Part shown: positions 53,284-64,000 of the stretch, piece by piece
Layout of the letters: every line of letters starts with the position of its first letter
Position numbering within the stretch: position 1 is the stretch's first letter
Source of the DNA: Pirellulales bacterium
GTDB lineage: Bacteria; Planctomycetota; Planctomycetia; Pirellulales; PALSA-1355
Direction: 5' to 3'
Assembly: GCA_963733035.1 (NCBI GenBank)
Contig: CAVTBU010000005.1
Location: 864,001 to 928,000 of the forward strand
Length of the DNA: 64,000 nucleotides
Translations under genes and position numbers: made by a program
Notes under the pieces: model-generated
Database searches by the model: none
The model's input: the letters and a program-made list of their open reading frames with translations, nothing else
Told to the model about the DNA's origin: nothing

Positions 53284-55416
53284 CTAGGCGTCTGCCGATT
53301 TGGCCGGACGTGGAGCGATCCAGCGTGTGACGGCCTGTGATGTAATGACAACGATCGAACCGATTAGCAGTACGATTAAGCCGGCGTTGAGTACACCTTG
53401 CAAGAGCGTGGCGTTCAAACCGCCTTGGGCCCAACCATCTGAAATTTGGCCGGCAAATCGTCCGCTAATCATCTGATAGCCGGCGGTCAACGTGGTTCCA
53501 ATGACGAACAACATGGGCAGGATTGTTAGCGGCGCGTAGCGCCCGCGACCCGCATTGAACATGACGGTGGTTACGACGACCAGCGCGATCACGGCCAGCA
53601 TTTGATTCGCGATGCCAAACATCGGCCAGATGGTTTCGATGGAGCCGGTCCAAATAAGCCCTCCCCAGCCGGCTGTTACCAAGGCGGTGGACAACACGGC
53701 TCCAGGAAGCCAGTCGGTGCGGTCGAATGCTGGGTAGACTTTGCCGAGAGCTTCCTGCAGCAGGAATCTCGCGATGCGCGTGCCGGTGTCGATCGTAGTG
53801 AGAATAAAGAGCGCCTCGAACATGATTGCGAAGTGATACCAGTATTTGATGACCCCTTCGAGGCTGATCGATTCGCCGGCAACGCGCGACATGGCATCGC
53901 GAAAGATCTGGGCCATGCCGACGGCCAACGTCACAGCCCCACCTGTGCGGCCCCGCAGCGCTTCGCCGCCGACTTGTTGTTCGATGGTGGCCAGGTTGTC
54001 GGTCGTGGCATTCATCGTCCGCAGGTCGTCGGCATAGGCGGCCTGTTGTGAGAGGTCGATGTTGATCGCCCAGTAGTCTCCCTGTGGCAGTGACGCCGCG
54101 GCGATCAGCGCCATCACGGCTACCAAGCCTTCGATCAGCATCGCCCCATATCCGATCATCCGCACGTCGGTTTCATTGCTGATCATCTTAGGCGTCGTGC
54201 CAGACGATACGAGTGCGTGGAAACCCGAGATCGCGCCACACATGATGCAGATGAAGCAAAACGGGAAGATCGCTCCTTTGAAGTACGGTCCACCACCCGA
54301 CGCATAGAGTTCATTGTACGTCGACGCGTGCATCTCGGGGTTGGCGACAATGACCGCGCCCACGAGCAGACCCACGGTGCCAATTTTGAGAAAACTAGAC
54401 AAATAGTCGCGCGGGCAAAGCAGTAACCACACCGGAAGGACCGAGGCGATGAATCCGTACGCGCAAATCGCCAGTATCGTTTGATTGCGCGACAGCTGAA
54501 AGTAAGGCTCGAGCGATGACCCGGGTATCCAGTTTCCGGCGACCGTCACAGCCAAGACGCCCAGAGCCCCAATGGCCGATGCCTCGACAACATGCCCCTT
54601 GCGAAGGACGTACATGTAAAGGCCCACGAAGAGTGCGATGGGCACCGTGCAGGCGATGGTAAAGGTGCCCCAAGAACTGCCGGGCACGGCTTGTGTCACT
54701 CCGTCTGGCAGCGTGACGTGGCCGTCCCGCGGCGCAAAGGGCGAAGTATCCGATTCGTTTGCATCGGCCGCCCGCGAGCGCGCAATCGTAAACGGTTCGC
54801 TACGGACCACGCTCGCGTTGTTCGTGTATTCGATGCGCGTGCTTGGCGGCAGCGTCGCGAAATCTCGACCTTCGGCGGTCCAAGTCTTTACGTCGGCTTC
54901 CTCCGGCAGGTGGAAAACGGTGCCCGCTGCCAGTTTGATTTCCTCGCCGCCTAACGCCTTGACGACGACAACGCCGAGTCCCGAAAGGGCAACAATTACG
55001 ACGAACAGGATCGTGATCGAAGCCGTGCCACCGGCCAGAGAACCGATTTCGGCCCTGGCGATCTCCGCCAGCGAGCGCCCGCCGCGGCGCACCGATGCGG
55101 CCAGCACGAGCATGTCTTGCACGGCGCCGGCGAGGCAAACGCCGACGACGATCCATACCAACCCCGGCATGTATCCGTATTGAATCGCCAATACTGGCCC
55201 GATGAGCGGGCCCGCCCCACTGATCGCCGCGAAGTGATGTCCAAACAACACCCATTTGTTCGTCGGATGGTAGTTCTGCCCATCGTTGTACACATAGGCC
55301 GGCGTGACGCGCGAGTCATCCAGAGCCGCTACTTTGGCCGCCAGAAAGGCACTGTAAAAGCGATATGCGGTTGCCAGCGAGGCAAGTACGATCAAGATCA
55401 AGGGCATCGCATTCAT
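53284..55416 (-). CDS. cstA: carbon starvation protein A (CstA) family transporter
   Basis: 'NKWVLFGHHFAAISGAGPLIGP', 'LLCPRDYLSSF', 'CGAISGFHALVSSGTTPK', 'GRTGGAVTLAVGMA', 'WYHFAIMFEALFILTTIDTGTR'. Confidence 0.95.
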   Translation of the reverse strand: MNAMPLILIVLASLATAYRFYSAFLAAKVAALDDSRVTPAYVYNDGQNYHPTNKWVLFGHHFAAISGAGPLIGPVLAIQYGYMPGLVWIVVGVCLAGAVQDMLVLAASVRRGGRSLAEIARAEIGSLAGGTASITILFVVIVALSGLGVVVVKALGGEEIKLAAGTVFHLPEEADVKTWTAEGRDFATLPPSTRIEYTNNASVVRSEPFTIARSRAADANESDTSPFAPRDGHVTLPDGVTQAVPGSSWGTFTIACTVPIALFVGLYMYVLRKGHVVEASAIGALGVLAVTVAGNWIPGSSLEPYFQLSRNQTILAICAYGFIASVLPVWLLLCPRDYLSSFLKIGTVGLLVGAVIVANPEMHASTYNELYASGGGPYFKGAIFPFCFICIMCGAISGFHALVSSGTTPKMISNETDVRMIGYGAMLIEGLVAVMALIAAASLPQGDYWAINIDLSQQAAYADDLRTMNATTDNLATIEQQVGGEALRGRTGGAVTLAVGMAQIFRDAMSRVAGESISLEGVIKYWYHFAIMFEALFILTTIDTGTRIARFLLQEALGKVYPAFDRTDWLPGAVLSTALVTAGWGGLIWTGSIETIWPMFGIANQMLAVIALVVVTTVMFNAGRGRYAPLTILPMLFVIGTTLTAGYQMISGRFAGQISDGWAQGGLNATLLQGVLNAGLIVLLIGSIVVITSQAVTRWIAPRPAKSADA

Positions 55417-55587
55417 AGACAATCAACCTCGCAGTTTCGACCGTGCGGTGCCCACCAATATAAGCCAACGGACGCTCGTGTTGTCAGATCGCTTTTGATG
55501 CGGCTGAGAATCCTTCTTTTCGGCCTGCGGCTTTTTCGGACGCCCGAGCCCACGACATGACCGCCCGCTGGCGAGAAGCCGCTTACC

Positions 55588-55633
55588 AAAAAAACAGGGC
55601 GGCGAGCGGTCGCTGACCCTCTCGCCACCCTGT
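55588..55633 (-). terminator. Rho-independent terminator after hppA
   Basis: ACAGGGCGGCGAG...CTCGCCACCCTGT stem with an A7 run reading as a U tail on the minus strand. Confidence 0.8.
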
Positions 55634-55670
55634 CGATTTTTACGACTTCTCGGCCACCGCCCGGCGTCTC

Positions 55671-58334
55671 TTAAAAGATGCCCAAGGCCATCAGGCTGTA
55701 GCGAACTGTCAGACCAGCCACCACCACGGCCACCATGCTCATCAACTTGATGAGAATGTTGAGGCTCGGGCCGCTGGTGTCCTTGAACGGATCGCCGACC
55801 GTGTCGCCGACGACCGCCGCCTTGTGGGCTTCAGTGCCTTTGCCACCGTGGGCTCCGGCCTCGATATACTTTTTGGCGTTGTCCCAGGCGCCACCCGCAT
55901 TGGCCATGAATACCGCCACGCAGAAACCGCTGGTCAAACCGCCCACGAGCAGTCCCATCACGCCGCCCACGCCCAATACCAGACCAGTGATCACTGGCGT
56001 GGCCAATGCCAAAAGCGAGGGTAGAATCATCTCGCGCTGGGCGGCCTTGGTACTGATCGCAACCGGAGCCGCATAATCAGGCCGCTCGGTGCCGGCCATG
56101 ATACCCGGTTTTTCACGGAACTGGCGGCGCACCTCCTCGACCATGCCCTTGGCGGCGCGGCCCACGGCCTTCATCGTCATGGCACAGAACAGAAAAGTGG
56201 CCATGGCCCCAATAAACACGCCGACCAACACCTTTGGATTCATTAACGAAGCATCGTAGTAGCGCGTGAAATCGGGCAGCGTCGCCGCTTTGAGCGAAAT
56301 CAGCTCGCGGTCATTGTCAGCAATTACGAGCGTCGTTCCGTCATCTGAGGTCTTCTCACGGAACATGGTGGCCGGCAGTTCCACCGGCTTTTGACGGTAG
56401 GTGGAGTACTTTTCCTCATCCCAACCGTCGATGGTCCGCAAATCGTTGGGAAGGATCAAATACGGATAATGTTCCTTTTCGCTTTTGACCTGAACGACAA
56501 ACTGATTGCTGACTTTGTAGACGCCCGGCTCAAACTCGGCGGTCACCGTGGCAACGGCCCAACGGTCAAAACCGATGCGCACCTCCTCGACATACGCGGC
56601 CAACAGCGCCAAGGCTGTCAAAGCGGCCGATCCGATGGCAAAGCCCTTGCCCGTCGCTGCCGTGGTGTTGCCCAAGCTGTCCAAAGCGTCCGTACGCTCG
56701 CGAACAATCGGCTCCAAGCCCGACATCTGGGCATTGCCGCCGGCGTTGTCGGCGATCGGACCATACGCGTCGGTGGCCAACGTGATACCCAGCGTGCTGA
56801 GCATGCCAACCGCCGCGATTCCCACGCCGTACAGCCCGAGGGCAAAGTACTGCAAATCGTTAAATCGCCAATCGGCCGCGAAGCCAAATGCCATGATCGT
56901 TGCCGCACAGACGACAAGCACCGGAAACCAAGTGCTGAGCATGCCTTCGGCAACGCCACCAATGATCACCGTGGCCGGGCCCGTGACGGCTTGGTCAGCC
57001 AGATTCCGTGTCGGTGCGTACTCGTCGCTCGTGCAGTATTCGGTCCACTTTCCGATCAACCAGCCAGCAGCCAAACCGACGACGATGCTGAAGGCCACGC
57101 CCATGAAGTCGGGCATCAGCCAATAAGTCAGGCCGAACGCGGCGGCCACGACCATCACGGTCGACGCGTTGATGCCACGCGCTAGCGCTTTGAGCAGAGT
57201 CTTTTGCGAGGCGTCCTCTTCGGTGCGGACCATGTAGATGCCCGCAATCGAGAGAAAGATACCAATCGCAGCGATGGCCATTGGCAAAAACAGGGCGTTG
57301 AGCTGGAAGGTGGCAATCAACTCCTCGGTGACGGCCGTGGCGTTTTCCGTGCGTGCGTAAAGATCGCGAATGATCGCGCCGCTGGAGAAGGCCGACACGC
57401 CGAGGGCCGCCGTCGCCAGTATGGAACCGCAATACGACTCATAAAGGTCGGCACCCATGCCGGCCACGTCGCCCACGTTGTCGCCGACGTTATCGGCGAT
57501 CGTGGCGGGGTTGCGGGCGTCGTCTTCGGGAATGCTATGTTCGACTTTTCCCACCAGGTCGGCACCGACATCGGCCGCCTTGGTGAAGATGCCGCCACCG
57601 ACGCGGGCAAACAGCGCCTGGCTACTGGCACCCATGCCGAAGCAGAGCATTGTGACCGTGATTTCTTCGAGCGAAAGAGGTTCGTATCCCAGTGCGGGAA
57701 CAATCCAGTTAAGGACCAGGAACCAGAGGGTGATATCCAGCAGGCCCAAGCCGACCACGGTCAGCCCCATGACGGCACCCGAGCGGAAGGCCACTTGAAG
57801 TCCCTGGTTGAGCGACTTTTGAGCCCCGGCCGCGGTGCGGCTGCTCGCCCAGGTGGCGGTCTTCATCCCAAACCATCCGGCCAGGCCGGAAAAGAAACCG
57901 CCAGTGATGAACGCGAATGGGACCCATTCGCTCTGCACTTTGAGCACGTAGGCGGAAACGGCCAATAAGGCGAAAATGATAACGAAAAACAGCGCGACGA
58001 CTTTGTATTGTTGACGCAAGTAAGCGTTGGCCCCCTCGCGAACGAAGCCGGCGATTTCGACCATTTTCGGCGTGCCCTCATCGGCAGCCATCACTTCCTG
58101 ATAGAAGCGGAAGGCCTGGACCAACGCCACGACTGCACCAAAAAATGCCACGCCCCAAATTAAGTAAAAGCGAAAGTGACTGGAGGCCTCTCCGCTGGCG
58201 GCCGCATCGGCGGCTTCGGTCGCTTGTTGGGCAAAGGCCGATCCGCCAGCCCATACAAAGGCGAGGGCAATCAGCGCCATCAACAGGGTTTGCTTACGCG
58301 GCATCCGCCGCGGCCATTTCCAATTTGCAATCAT
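55671..58334 (-). CDS. hppA: K+-dependent membrane-integral pyrophosphatase (Na+ or Na+/H+ translocating)
   Basis: 'GGGIFTKAADVGADLVGKVE.SIPEDDARNPATIADNVGDNVGD', 'DAYGPIADNAGG', 'GNTTAATGKGFAIGS', 'GDTVGDPFKDTSGP'; start set at ATG 58334. Confidence 0.96.
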   Translation of the reverse strand: MIANWKWPRRMPRKQTLLMALIALAFVWAGGSAFAQQATEAADAAASGEASSHFRFYLIWGVAFFGAVVALVQAFRFYQEVMAADEGTPKMVEIAGFVREGANAYLRQQYKVVALFFVIIFALLAVSAYVLKVQSEWVPFAFITGGFFSGLAGWFGMKTATWASSRTAAGAQKSLNQGLQVAFRSGAVMGLTVVGLGLLDITLWFLVLNWIVPALGYEPLSLEEITVTMLCFGMGASSQALFARVGGGIFTKAADVGADLVGKVEHSIPEDDARNPATIADNVGDNVGDVAGMGADLYESYCGSILATAALGVSAFSSGAIIRDLYARTENATAVTEELIATFQLNALFLPMAIAAIGIFLSIAGIYMVRTEEDASQKTLLKALARGINASTVMVVAAAFGLTYWLMPDFMGVAFSIVVGLAAGWLIGKWTEYCTSDEYAPTRNLADQAVTGPATVIIGGVAEGMLSTWFPVLVVCAATIMAFGFAADWRFNDLQYFALGLYGVGIAAVGMLSTLGITLATDAYGPIADNAGGNAQMSGLEPIVRERTDALDSLGNTTAATGKGFAIGSAALTALALLAAYVEEVRIGFDRWAVATVTAEFEPGVYKVSNQFVVQVKSEKEHYPYLILPNDLRTIDGWDEEKYSTYRQKPVELPATMFREKTSDDGTTLVIADNDRELISLKAATLPDFTRYYDASLMNPKVLVGVFIGAMATFLFCAMTMKAVGRAAKGMVEEVRRQFREKPGIMAGTERPDYAAPVAISTKAAQREMILPSLLALATPVITGLVLGVGGVMGLLVGGLTSGFCVAVFMANAGGAWDNAKKYIEAGAHGGKGTEAHKAAVVGDTVGDPFKDTSGPSLNILIKLMSMVAVVVAGLTVRYSLMALGIF

Positions 58335-58742
58335 GCTACAACTTCCCTTAACTTCTTTTCTTTTGGTTCGTTGGACGTCCACATGTAGTTTGTTAATCGT
58401 TGGCCGACGCGAGGCCCGGGCCAAACGCAAATACCGATGGAATTGATGCGCAATGAGCTCTGGACTGCGGCCACGGGGCGTGCGCCGGCGCTCGCGGGGG
58501 TGCAAAGGCTTGCAAGAGGAAAGCCGGTTTGCATCAGAGGCCGCCTTTGCCGACAAAGCTCGCATTCCGCCAAGAACCCCTTCGCAGGATCCGCCGGCGA
58601 AGTCGCGTCTCTGCCGGACGGTGATGTCCTTGGGAGCGATACGCAACAGGGTGCCCCGGCCCGAGGAGGCCAAAGCGTCTTCGTAGGGTCACGTGCGGCC
58701 GGTCGTAACCCGTCAGCCACCACGCGCACCGAGAAAGCGAAA

Positions 58743-58771
58743 AATGTAAAGGACGTGTCGCAATCTGTCAA
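58743..58771 (-). promoter_or_regulatory. sigma70-type promoter of hppA
   Basis: Minus strand TTGACA-N17-TACATT. Confidence 0.6.
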
Positions 58772-58995
58772 CTCAAAGCAAGTTGCGACGCGACAAGCCC
58801 ACCAGCGACGGTTCTCTCCGGTCGTCTGCATCCGCCCATCTGGTCGAATTTCACGCCCCCAGCCGGCTGGAAAACCAGTAAAACGGCCCCTCACCCCGCA
58901 GGCCGAATATCGAGGCCACCAAACAACCGGTTGCTCACGCGGCTTGCAAACCTAGAATTCGGAAGACCGCCGCCCCGTCAACCTCAGGATGCAGC

Positions 58996-59886
58996 ATGAG
59001 TTCACACCCCGACCCACCACTGACCTACCCCCAGCCTGACAAGGAAGATCCGATTTTGGCGGAGGTGGTGCCGACGGACATCGCGTCGGTGCCTGGACAT
59101 CAGATTCCGTTGACGCCCATCCTGCTGTTTGTGGCATGCTGTGTGAGCACGTACTATGTCCAAAACGCCATCTACGCGTTGGCCGTAATGGGCATTCTCG
59201 TCTGTCATGAAGCGGGCCACTACGTTCAAGCGAGACGTTACCGCGTACCGGCTAGCCTTCCGTACTTTATCCCAATGCCGATTAGTCCAATTGGTACGAT
59301 GGGTGCGGTGATCGCAATGCGCGGTCACATGGGCAATCGAAAGACTTTGTATGACATCGGAATCAGTGGTCCACTAGCGGGACTCGTGCCAACGCTCGTT
59401 TGTTGCTACGTAGGCCTATCGTGGTCGCACGTTGAACCGCTGCCACCGGGCGCCGTAACAGGGCTCCAATTCAACGAACCCCTGCTGTTTCGCTGGATGG
59501 AGCAATGGTTCTTCGGTCCTCTCGATGCGAATCAGGTCGTGTGGGCCCATCCGCTCGCATTCGCTGGCTGGGTGGGTTTGTTAATCACGGCACTCAACTT
59601 GATCCCCATCGGACAACTGGATGGCGGGCATATCCTGTACGCACTCTTGCGTTCGAAGGCCCACATTGTGGCGTGGTTCCTGCTCTTCGCGGCAGGCGCC
59701 GCAATGGTGCTCACCCAACAATACGGCTGGTCGTTGATGCTCGTCCTGTTGGTGCTGATCGGACCTTCACATCCGCCCACGGCGAACGACGAGATGCCCC
59801 TGGGGATTGGCCGTACGATCTTGGGCTGGCTGACCTTGGCGTTCGTCATCATCGGCTTCACGCCGGCCCCGTTCGTCACCTCGTAG
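58996..59886 (+). CDS. site-2 protease (M50) family membrane metalloprotease
   Basis: 'CHEAGH' (HExxH), 'IGISGPLAG', 'LNLIPIGQLDGGH'. Confidence 0.93.
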   Translation: MSSHPDPPLTYPQPDKEDPILAEVVPTDIASVPGHQIPLTPILLFVACCVSTYYVQNAIYALAVMGILVCHEAGHYVQARRYRVPASLPYFIPMPISPIGTMGAVIAMRGHMGNRKTLYDIGISGPLAGLVPTLVCCYVGLSWSHVEPLPPGAVTGLQFNEPLLFRWMEQWFFGPLDANQVVWAHPLAFAGWVGLLITALNLIPIGQLDGGHILYALLRSKAHIVAWFLLFAAGAAMVLTQQYGWSLMLVLLVLIGPSHPPTANDEMPLGIGRTILGWLTLAFVIIGFTPAPFVTS

Positions 59887-59913
59887 CCAGATTCCCATTG
59901 CGTCCGACTACGA

Positions 59914-62900
59914 CTACGCCGCCTGCGTTTCGTCATCTTCGCCGACCGGCTCGTCGTCGCGGACATTGAGAATCTCGCCGGTCTCGCTCACGTCGTCGAA
60001 GCGGACGCTGACACGCTTCGAGATGCCCGATTCCTGCATCGTCACCCCGTAGAGCGTACTTGCACAGGTCATCGTCTTTTTCGAATGCGTGACGACGATG
60101 AACTGGGTCCAGGCCAAGAACTCTTGCAACACCGTGATGAACCGCTCGATATTGGCCTCGTCGAGCGCGGCGTCGACTTCGTCCAGCACGCAGAACGGAC
60201 TGGGACGGCTGCGGAAGATGGCCAATAGCAACGCCACGCAGGTCAGTGTCTTTTCGCCGCCGCTGAGCAGAGAGATATTGCGCGGCTCCTTGCCCGGCGG
60301 CCGGGCGATAATCTCGATGCCGCTGTCGAGGATGTCGACCCCCTCATCGAGCACAATGTCGGCCTGGCCGCCGCCGAATAATTTGCGGAACAAGGCCTGA
60401 AAGTGCTCTCGCACCACCTCCAGCGTGTCGGCGAAGAGTCGCCGGCTGTCGGCGTTGATCTTGTTGATGATTGCCTCGAGCGACGCCTTGGCGCTCGAAA
60501 GGTCCTGATGTTGACTCGTCAGCGTGTTGAATCGCGTTTCCAACTCATCCAATTCGGCGAGTGCATCGAGGTTCACCCCACCAATGCTATTGAGCTTGCC
60601 GCGCAATTCGCTGATTTCGTTTTCGACCTCGGTCCGTTCCTGCAGTTCCTCGGCCGAGGGTTCATGCTCGAGCATGGCCAGCTCGATACCGTAATCCTCT
60701 CGAAGTCGATCGGCCAGCGTAGTCCGCTCGTGTCGCACTTCTCCGGCGGCAAGCTCCTGAGAGTGCAGTTTGGCTTCCAGCTTGCGAATCTTGCCGCGTA
60801 CGCGTTGGGCTTCGGCCGCGAGTTCGGACTTTCGCTGCCGCCAGTCGTCGCGTTGTTCCTGCTGCAGCACGGCTTCGCCGGCCAACGATTCCTTACGAAG
60901 GTAGAGTTCAGCCAATTCCGACTCTGCCCGCAGAATGTTTCGCTCACAGTCGCGGAGCCTTTCGAGGCTTACCTCGAGCTGCGAACGGCTATCGGCCAGC
61001 GCCCGGCCACGCTCCTGTTGGTCTCGTTCCAATTGGCTGCGCTGGGCTCTCAGGTGCGAGAGCCGCTGCTCGCTCTTGACGACTTCAATTTTGGTCGTGC
61101 CCGCCTCGCGGCTAAAACGTTGCCGCATCTGTTCGAGTTGACTTGCCTTGGCGCCCCCCTCGTGGACGCGGTGTTCCAAGTCGACCATCGTCGCTTCCAC
61201 CTGTCCCAACTTCTGTCGCGTCTCGCCTAGACTCCCAGTGGCCTTCTCGAATTCGGCATCCGAGGCACGAGCTTCAGCTTGGCTGGCGGAGATTTGGCTT
61301 TCAAAATGCATTTGCCGTTGTTCGGCCGACTGGACGGCGGAACGCGCCTGGGACAGTTGCTCGCTCAGTTCCCGAAACTCGCCCGACAAGTGCTGCAGGT
61401 CACGCTCGCCGTCGGCAACCTGCCCGTCAAGTCGACTGCATAGGTTCGCCTGGGCGGTAACCTGTTCGCCCATTTCCGCGATCTGCCGGTGCAAGACCCG
61501 CAATTCACTTCGCCGCGAAATGAGGCCCGTGGTGGAGTGCCGCGGCCCGGCATACACAATCCCATCGGCCGTCAGCATCTCCCCCGCTTGCGTGACGTAG
61601 TCGAGGCCCCGCCCTTCCGCTGCTGAAAGCTGGACCGCGGTGGCGAGATTCTCCACAACCCATGTTCGTCCTAGCAGTCGTTTGGCAAGGGCGGCAAATT
61701 CGGGTTGGCACTCGACGAGCTCGTCGGCCCGCAGCACAACCCCCGGGCGTCCACGCAAATCGATCGCGTCGAGATGCGTTCTAAGGTGCGGAATGTCCAA
61801 ACGGACGAAACCCACGCGACCGGCAAACACAGGCGCCGCGGTAAGATATTCGACCCACGCTCGTCCGTTTGCCACAACCACGCACTGCGCCATTTCGCCC
61901 AGCGCCACCTCCACAAGCGGCGCCGACTCAAGACTTACGTGAAGTAGATCGGCCACCAGGCCGCGCAGCTCTTGCAGGGGCCCGGCCTGGGCACCTTGAG
62001 CTTCGACGAGTAGTTGCTTTACGCCGGCACCAACTCCTTCGAGTCGTTTTTCCAGTTCCTCAAGGACGGCCGCTCGTTCGCTGGCGCCGGTCGCTCGCTC
62101 ACGCAAGTGTGCGAGCTGCTGGTGTGCCTCGGCCGCGGCAGCCCGGTGCTGTCCAAGGGCATTTTGGACGAGTTCGAGCGTTTTTTGCTTATGTCGACAG
62201 GCCTGATTCAATTGGGCCTCGGACGCTTTGACCCCGGCGAGTTCGCCGAGCGCCGTTTCGCGAACCGAGCTCAATTCGTCCAGTCGCTTCTTGATTCGGA
62301 CGCGGGTAGCATCAATGGTGGCCACTTTCGATTCAAGCGCGCTTGTCTGGCTGGCCAGCGCCGACGCCGTTCGCATTTGCTCGAGATGTGCCGCACGGCA
62401 GGCCTCATTCTCGGCGCGAGTTTCGTCGACCTGCGTGGTCAACTTCGTGAGGTTCCGCTCTTCTTCGGCAAGCCGTCGCGCCACTTCACGATGTTCGCTC
62501 TCAGCCGTCGCCAGACTCGCGTCGATCTGACCGATTTGGTGCTGCAAATCAACGGCACGCGTGCTCATCGAGGTCAACTGCCGACGATAACGGGCAACCT
62601 CTTCTTCCAAATCACAAGTGCGGCGACGTTCGTGTTCAATCGACGATTCGTGCGCGGCAATCCGCTCGCGATTCTGCGCGATGCGGGCTTCGCTGGCCCG
62701 CATGGCGGTGTCTGACTCGGCCACCTGCGACTCGAGTGCGAAGGCCTGCGTTTCGAGCGACTCAGCCTCGGCACTGAGCATTAAGTCTTCTTCTTGCGCG
62801 GCCTGCAACTCGCGTTCGAGCTTTTCCAGTTGAACTGAGAGCTTCCGCCAATCGGTCGCACCAATCTGCGTGCGGAGGGATTGAAGGCGATCGGAATACT

Positions 62901-63546
62901 CCTTGTATTTGCGGGCCTTGCTGGCCTGTGCTCTGACGGCCCGAACACGGCTGTCTACCTCGTCGACAATGTCCGATAGCCGCAGGAGATTCTGGTCGAC
63001 GCGTTCGAGCCGTCTGAGGGCCTCAATCTTTTTGGCCTTGAAACGGCTGATTCCAGCGGCTTCCTCGAAAATCAACCGTCGGTCACGCGGCGACGACTGC
63101 AGTAGTACGTCCACCTTGCCCTGTTCGATCACGCTGTAAGCTTCAGTTGCCGCGCCGGTGCCGGCAAACAGGTCGCGTATATCGCGCAGCCGGCAGGGCT
63201 GACGGTTGATCAGGTACTCGCCTTCGCCACTACGATAAACACGGCGGGTAATGTGAACTTCGGCCGCATCGACAGCCAACAGGCGATTCGCATTGTTGAA
63301 GGTGAGCGTGGTTTCCGCCGAATTGAGAGCTCGCCGAGAGGCGGATCCATTGAAGATGACGTCGGCCATCTCCTTGCCACGCAGGCTCTTGACGCTTTGT
63401 TCGCCGAGCACCCACTTGATGGCGTCGACGATATTGCTCTTACCCGAGCCATTGGGACCCACCACCACGGTGATGCCGGGGGGAAACTCGAGCCGCGTTT
63501 TGTCGGCGAAACTCTTGAAGCCGACGAGTTCGAGCGCCTTAAGCAT
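59914..63546 (-). CDS. smc: chromosome segregation protein SMC
   Basis: 1210 aa; 'GFKSFA', 'GPNGSGKSN', hinge between coiled coils, 'LLSGGEK', '[13 protein letters not shown]'. Confidence 0.97.
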   Translation of the reverse strand: MLKALELVGFKSFADKTRLEFPPGITVVVGPNGSGKSNIVDAIKWVLGEQSVKSLRGKEMADVIFNGSASRRALNSAETTLTFNNANRLLAVDAAEVHITRRVYRSGEGEYLINRQPCRLRDIRDLFAGTGAATEAYSVIEQGKVDVLLQSSPRDRRLIFEEAAGISRFKAKKIEALRRLERVDQNLLRLSDIVDEVDSRVRAVRAQASKARKYKEYSDRLQSLRTQIGATDWRKLSVQLEKLERELQAAQEEDLMLSAEAESLETQAFALESQVAESDTAMRASEARIAQNRERIAAHESSIEHERRRTCDLEEEVARYRRQLTSMSTRAVDLQHQIGQIDASLATAESEHREVARRLAEEERNLTKLTTQVDETRAENEACRAAHLEQMRTASALASQTSALESKVATIDATRVRIKKRLDELSSVRETALGELAGVKASEAQLNQACRHKQKTLELVQNALGQHRAAAAEAHQQLAHLRERATGASERAAVLEELEKRLEGVGAGVKQLLVEAQGAQAGPLQELRGLVADLLHVSLESAPLVEVALGEMAQCVVVANGRAWVEYLTAAPVFAGRVGFVRLDIPHLRTHLDAIDLRGRPGVVLRADELVECQPEFAALAKRLLGRTWVVENLATAVQLSAAEGRGLDYVTQAGEMLTADGIVYAGPRHSTTGLISRRSELRVLHRQIAEMGEQVTAQANLCSRLDGQVADGERDLQHLSGEFRELSEQLSQARSAVQSAEQRQMHFESQISASQAEARASDAEFEKATGSLGETRQKLGQVEATMVDLEHRVHEGGAKASQLEQMRQRFSREAGTTKIEVVKSEQRLSHLRAQRSQLERDQQERGRALADSRSQLEVSLERLRDCERNILRAESELAELYLRKESLAGEAVLQQEQRDDWRQRKSELAAEAQRVRGKIRKLEAKLHSQELAAGEVRHERTTLADRLREDYGIELAMLEHEPSAEELQERTEVENEISELRGKLNSIGGVNLDALAELDELETRFNTLTSQHQDLSSAKASLEAIINKINADSRRLFADTLEVVREHFQALFRKLFGGGQADIVLDEGVDILDSGIEIIARPPGKEPRNISLLSGGEKTLTCVALLLAIFRSRPSPFCVLDEVDAALDEANIERFITVLQEFLAWTQFIVVTHSKKTMTCASTLYGVTMQESGISKRVSVRFDDVSETGEILNVRDDEPVGEDDETQAA

Positions 63547-63733
63547 GAGGGAAGCGTGGGGTGCGTGAGCGGAACCGGAACGGGTCGACCAAGTCTTGGG
63601 CAGCTCGTGTTTCAGAGGCTACCCCAGCAGCCAACAGACATTCCATTTTACCAAGAAATGCCCCCGAAGACTGGTCCGGTTTTGCCACCAATTCCCCGGA
63701 AAAGAGTTTTCGGATCGGACCCTCGTTTCGGTG

Positions 63734-64000
63734 CTAGCGGCTGTTTTTGCGCTTGCGGCCCAGGAATAGTTCCGGCAGCGGATTGGCGGCAACGATGTGC
63801 TCTGTTGTGCCCGCTTTTTCCCCGGCCAATATCTCCTTGTGCTGGTAGGTTCGGTCCTCCTCCGGTAAGGCATCGACCTCGAACCGTGCCCGCAGGGCCC
63901 CGGACGACTTGGCGGCTTGCAGGGCCTGGACGACGTCGGGATAGGTGCCGCCGAGTTCGACGATCGCCCGCACCACGTCGTCGACCTTGGTGCTAACTAC
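63734..64000 (-). CDS. C-terminal part of an FlgI (flagellar P-ring)-like protein, truncated by window edge
   Basis: 'VDDVVRAIVELGGTYPDVVQALQAAKSSGALRARFEV' resembles the FlgI C-terminal motif (LV.ALN.LG..P.D...ILQA.K..GAL.A). Confidence 0.55.
   Translation of the reverse strand, partial: VVSTKVDDVVRAIVELGGTYPDVVQALQAAKSSGALRARFEVDALPEEDRTYQHKEILAGEKAGTTEHIVAANPLPELFLGRKRKNSR

Overview
A ~62% GC chromosomal segment that looks like a planctomycete (Pirellulales-like), judged from a DUF1559 prepilin-type gene, a PVC-type haem-binding protein, a planctomycete extracellular-signal (LEPLEERALMA) giant surface protein and a free-standing tRNA-Ile/tRNA-Ala pair. Most of it is housekeeping and metabolic: YagF-type dehydratase, groES-groEL, trxA, archease-rtcB, a UvrD/Mre11-like/YhaN DNA-repair operon, two tatA-like genes, cstA, a membrane pyrophosphatase, smc and three tRNAs. 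An accessory block next to tRNA-Val (37.6-47.4 kb) holds the surface protein, DUF1559, a decayed PEP-CTERM tail and an IS256 remnant. About seven otherwise intact genes carry 1-2 nt frameshifts in GCGC-rich contexts, most likely assembly errors. The best candidate for an undescribed system is the operon at 10.5-16.5 kb: periplasmic TPR scaffold + ExbB + ExbD + a protein built like TonB/TolA (SxxxH membrane helix, Pro/Glu linker) but ending in a prenyltransferase-like alpha/alpha barrel with no cyclase motif. Other leads: two divergent sigma54-type promoters driving a tiny basic protein and a small membrane protein, a secreted protein with thioester-domain-like motifs, a thioredoxin domain with SxxS instead of CxxC, and a ~400-nt structured leader before the pyrophosphatase. 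All calls come from reading motifs by eye; no searches were run.
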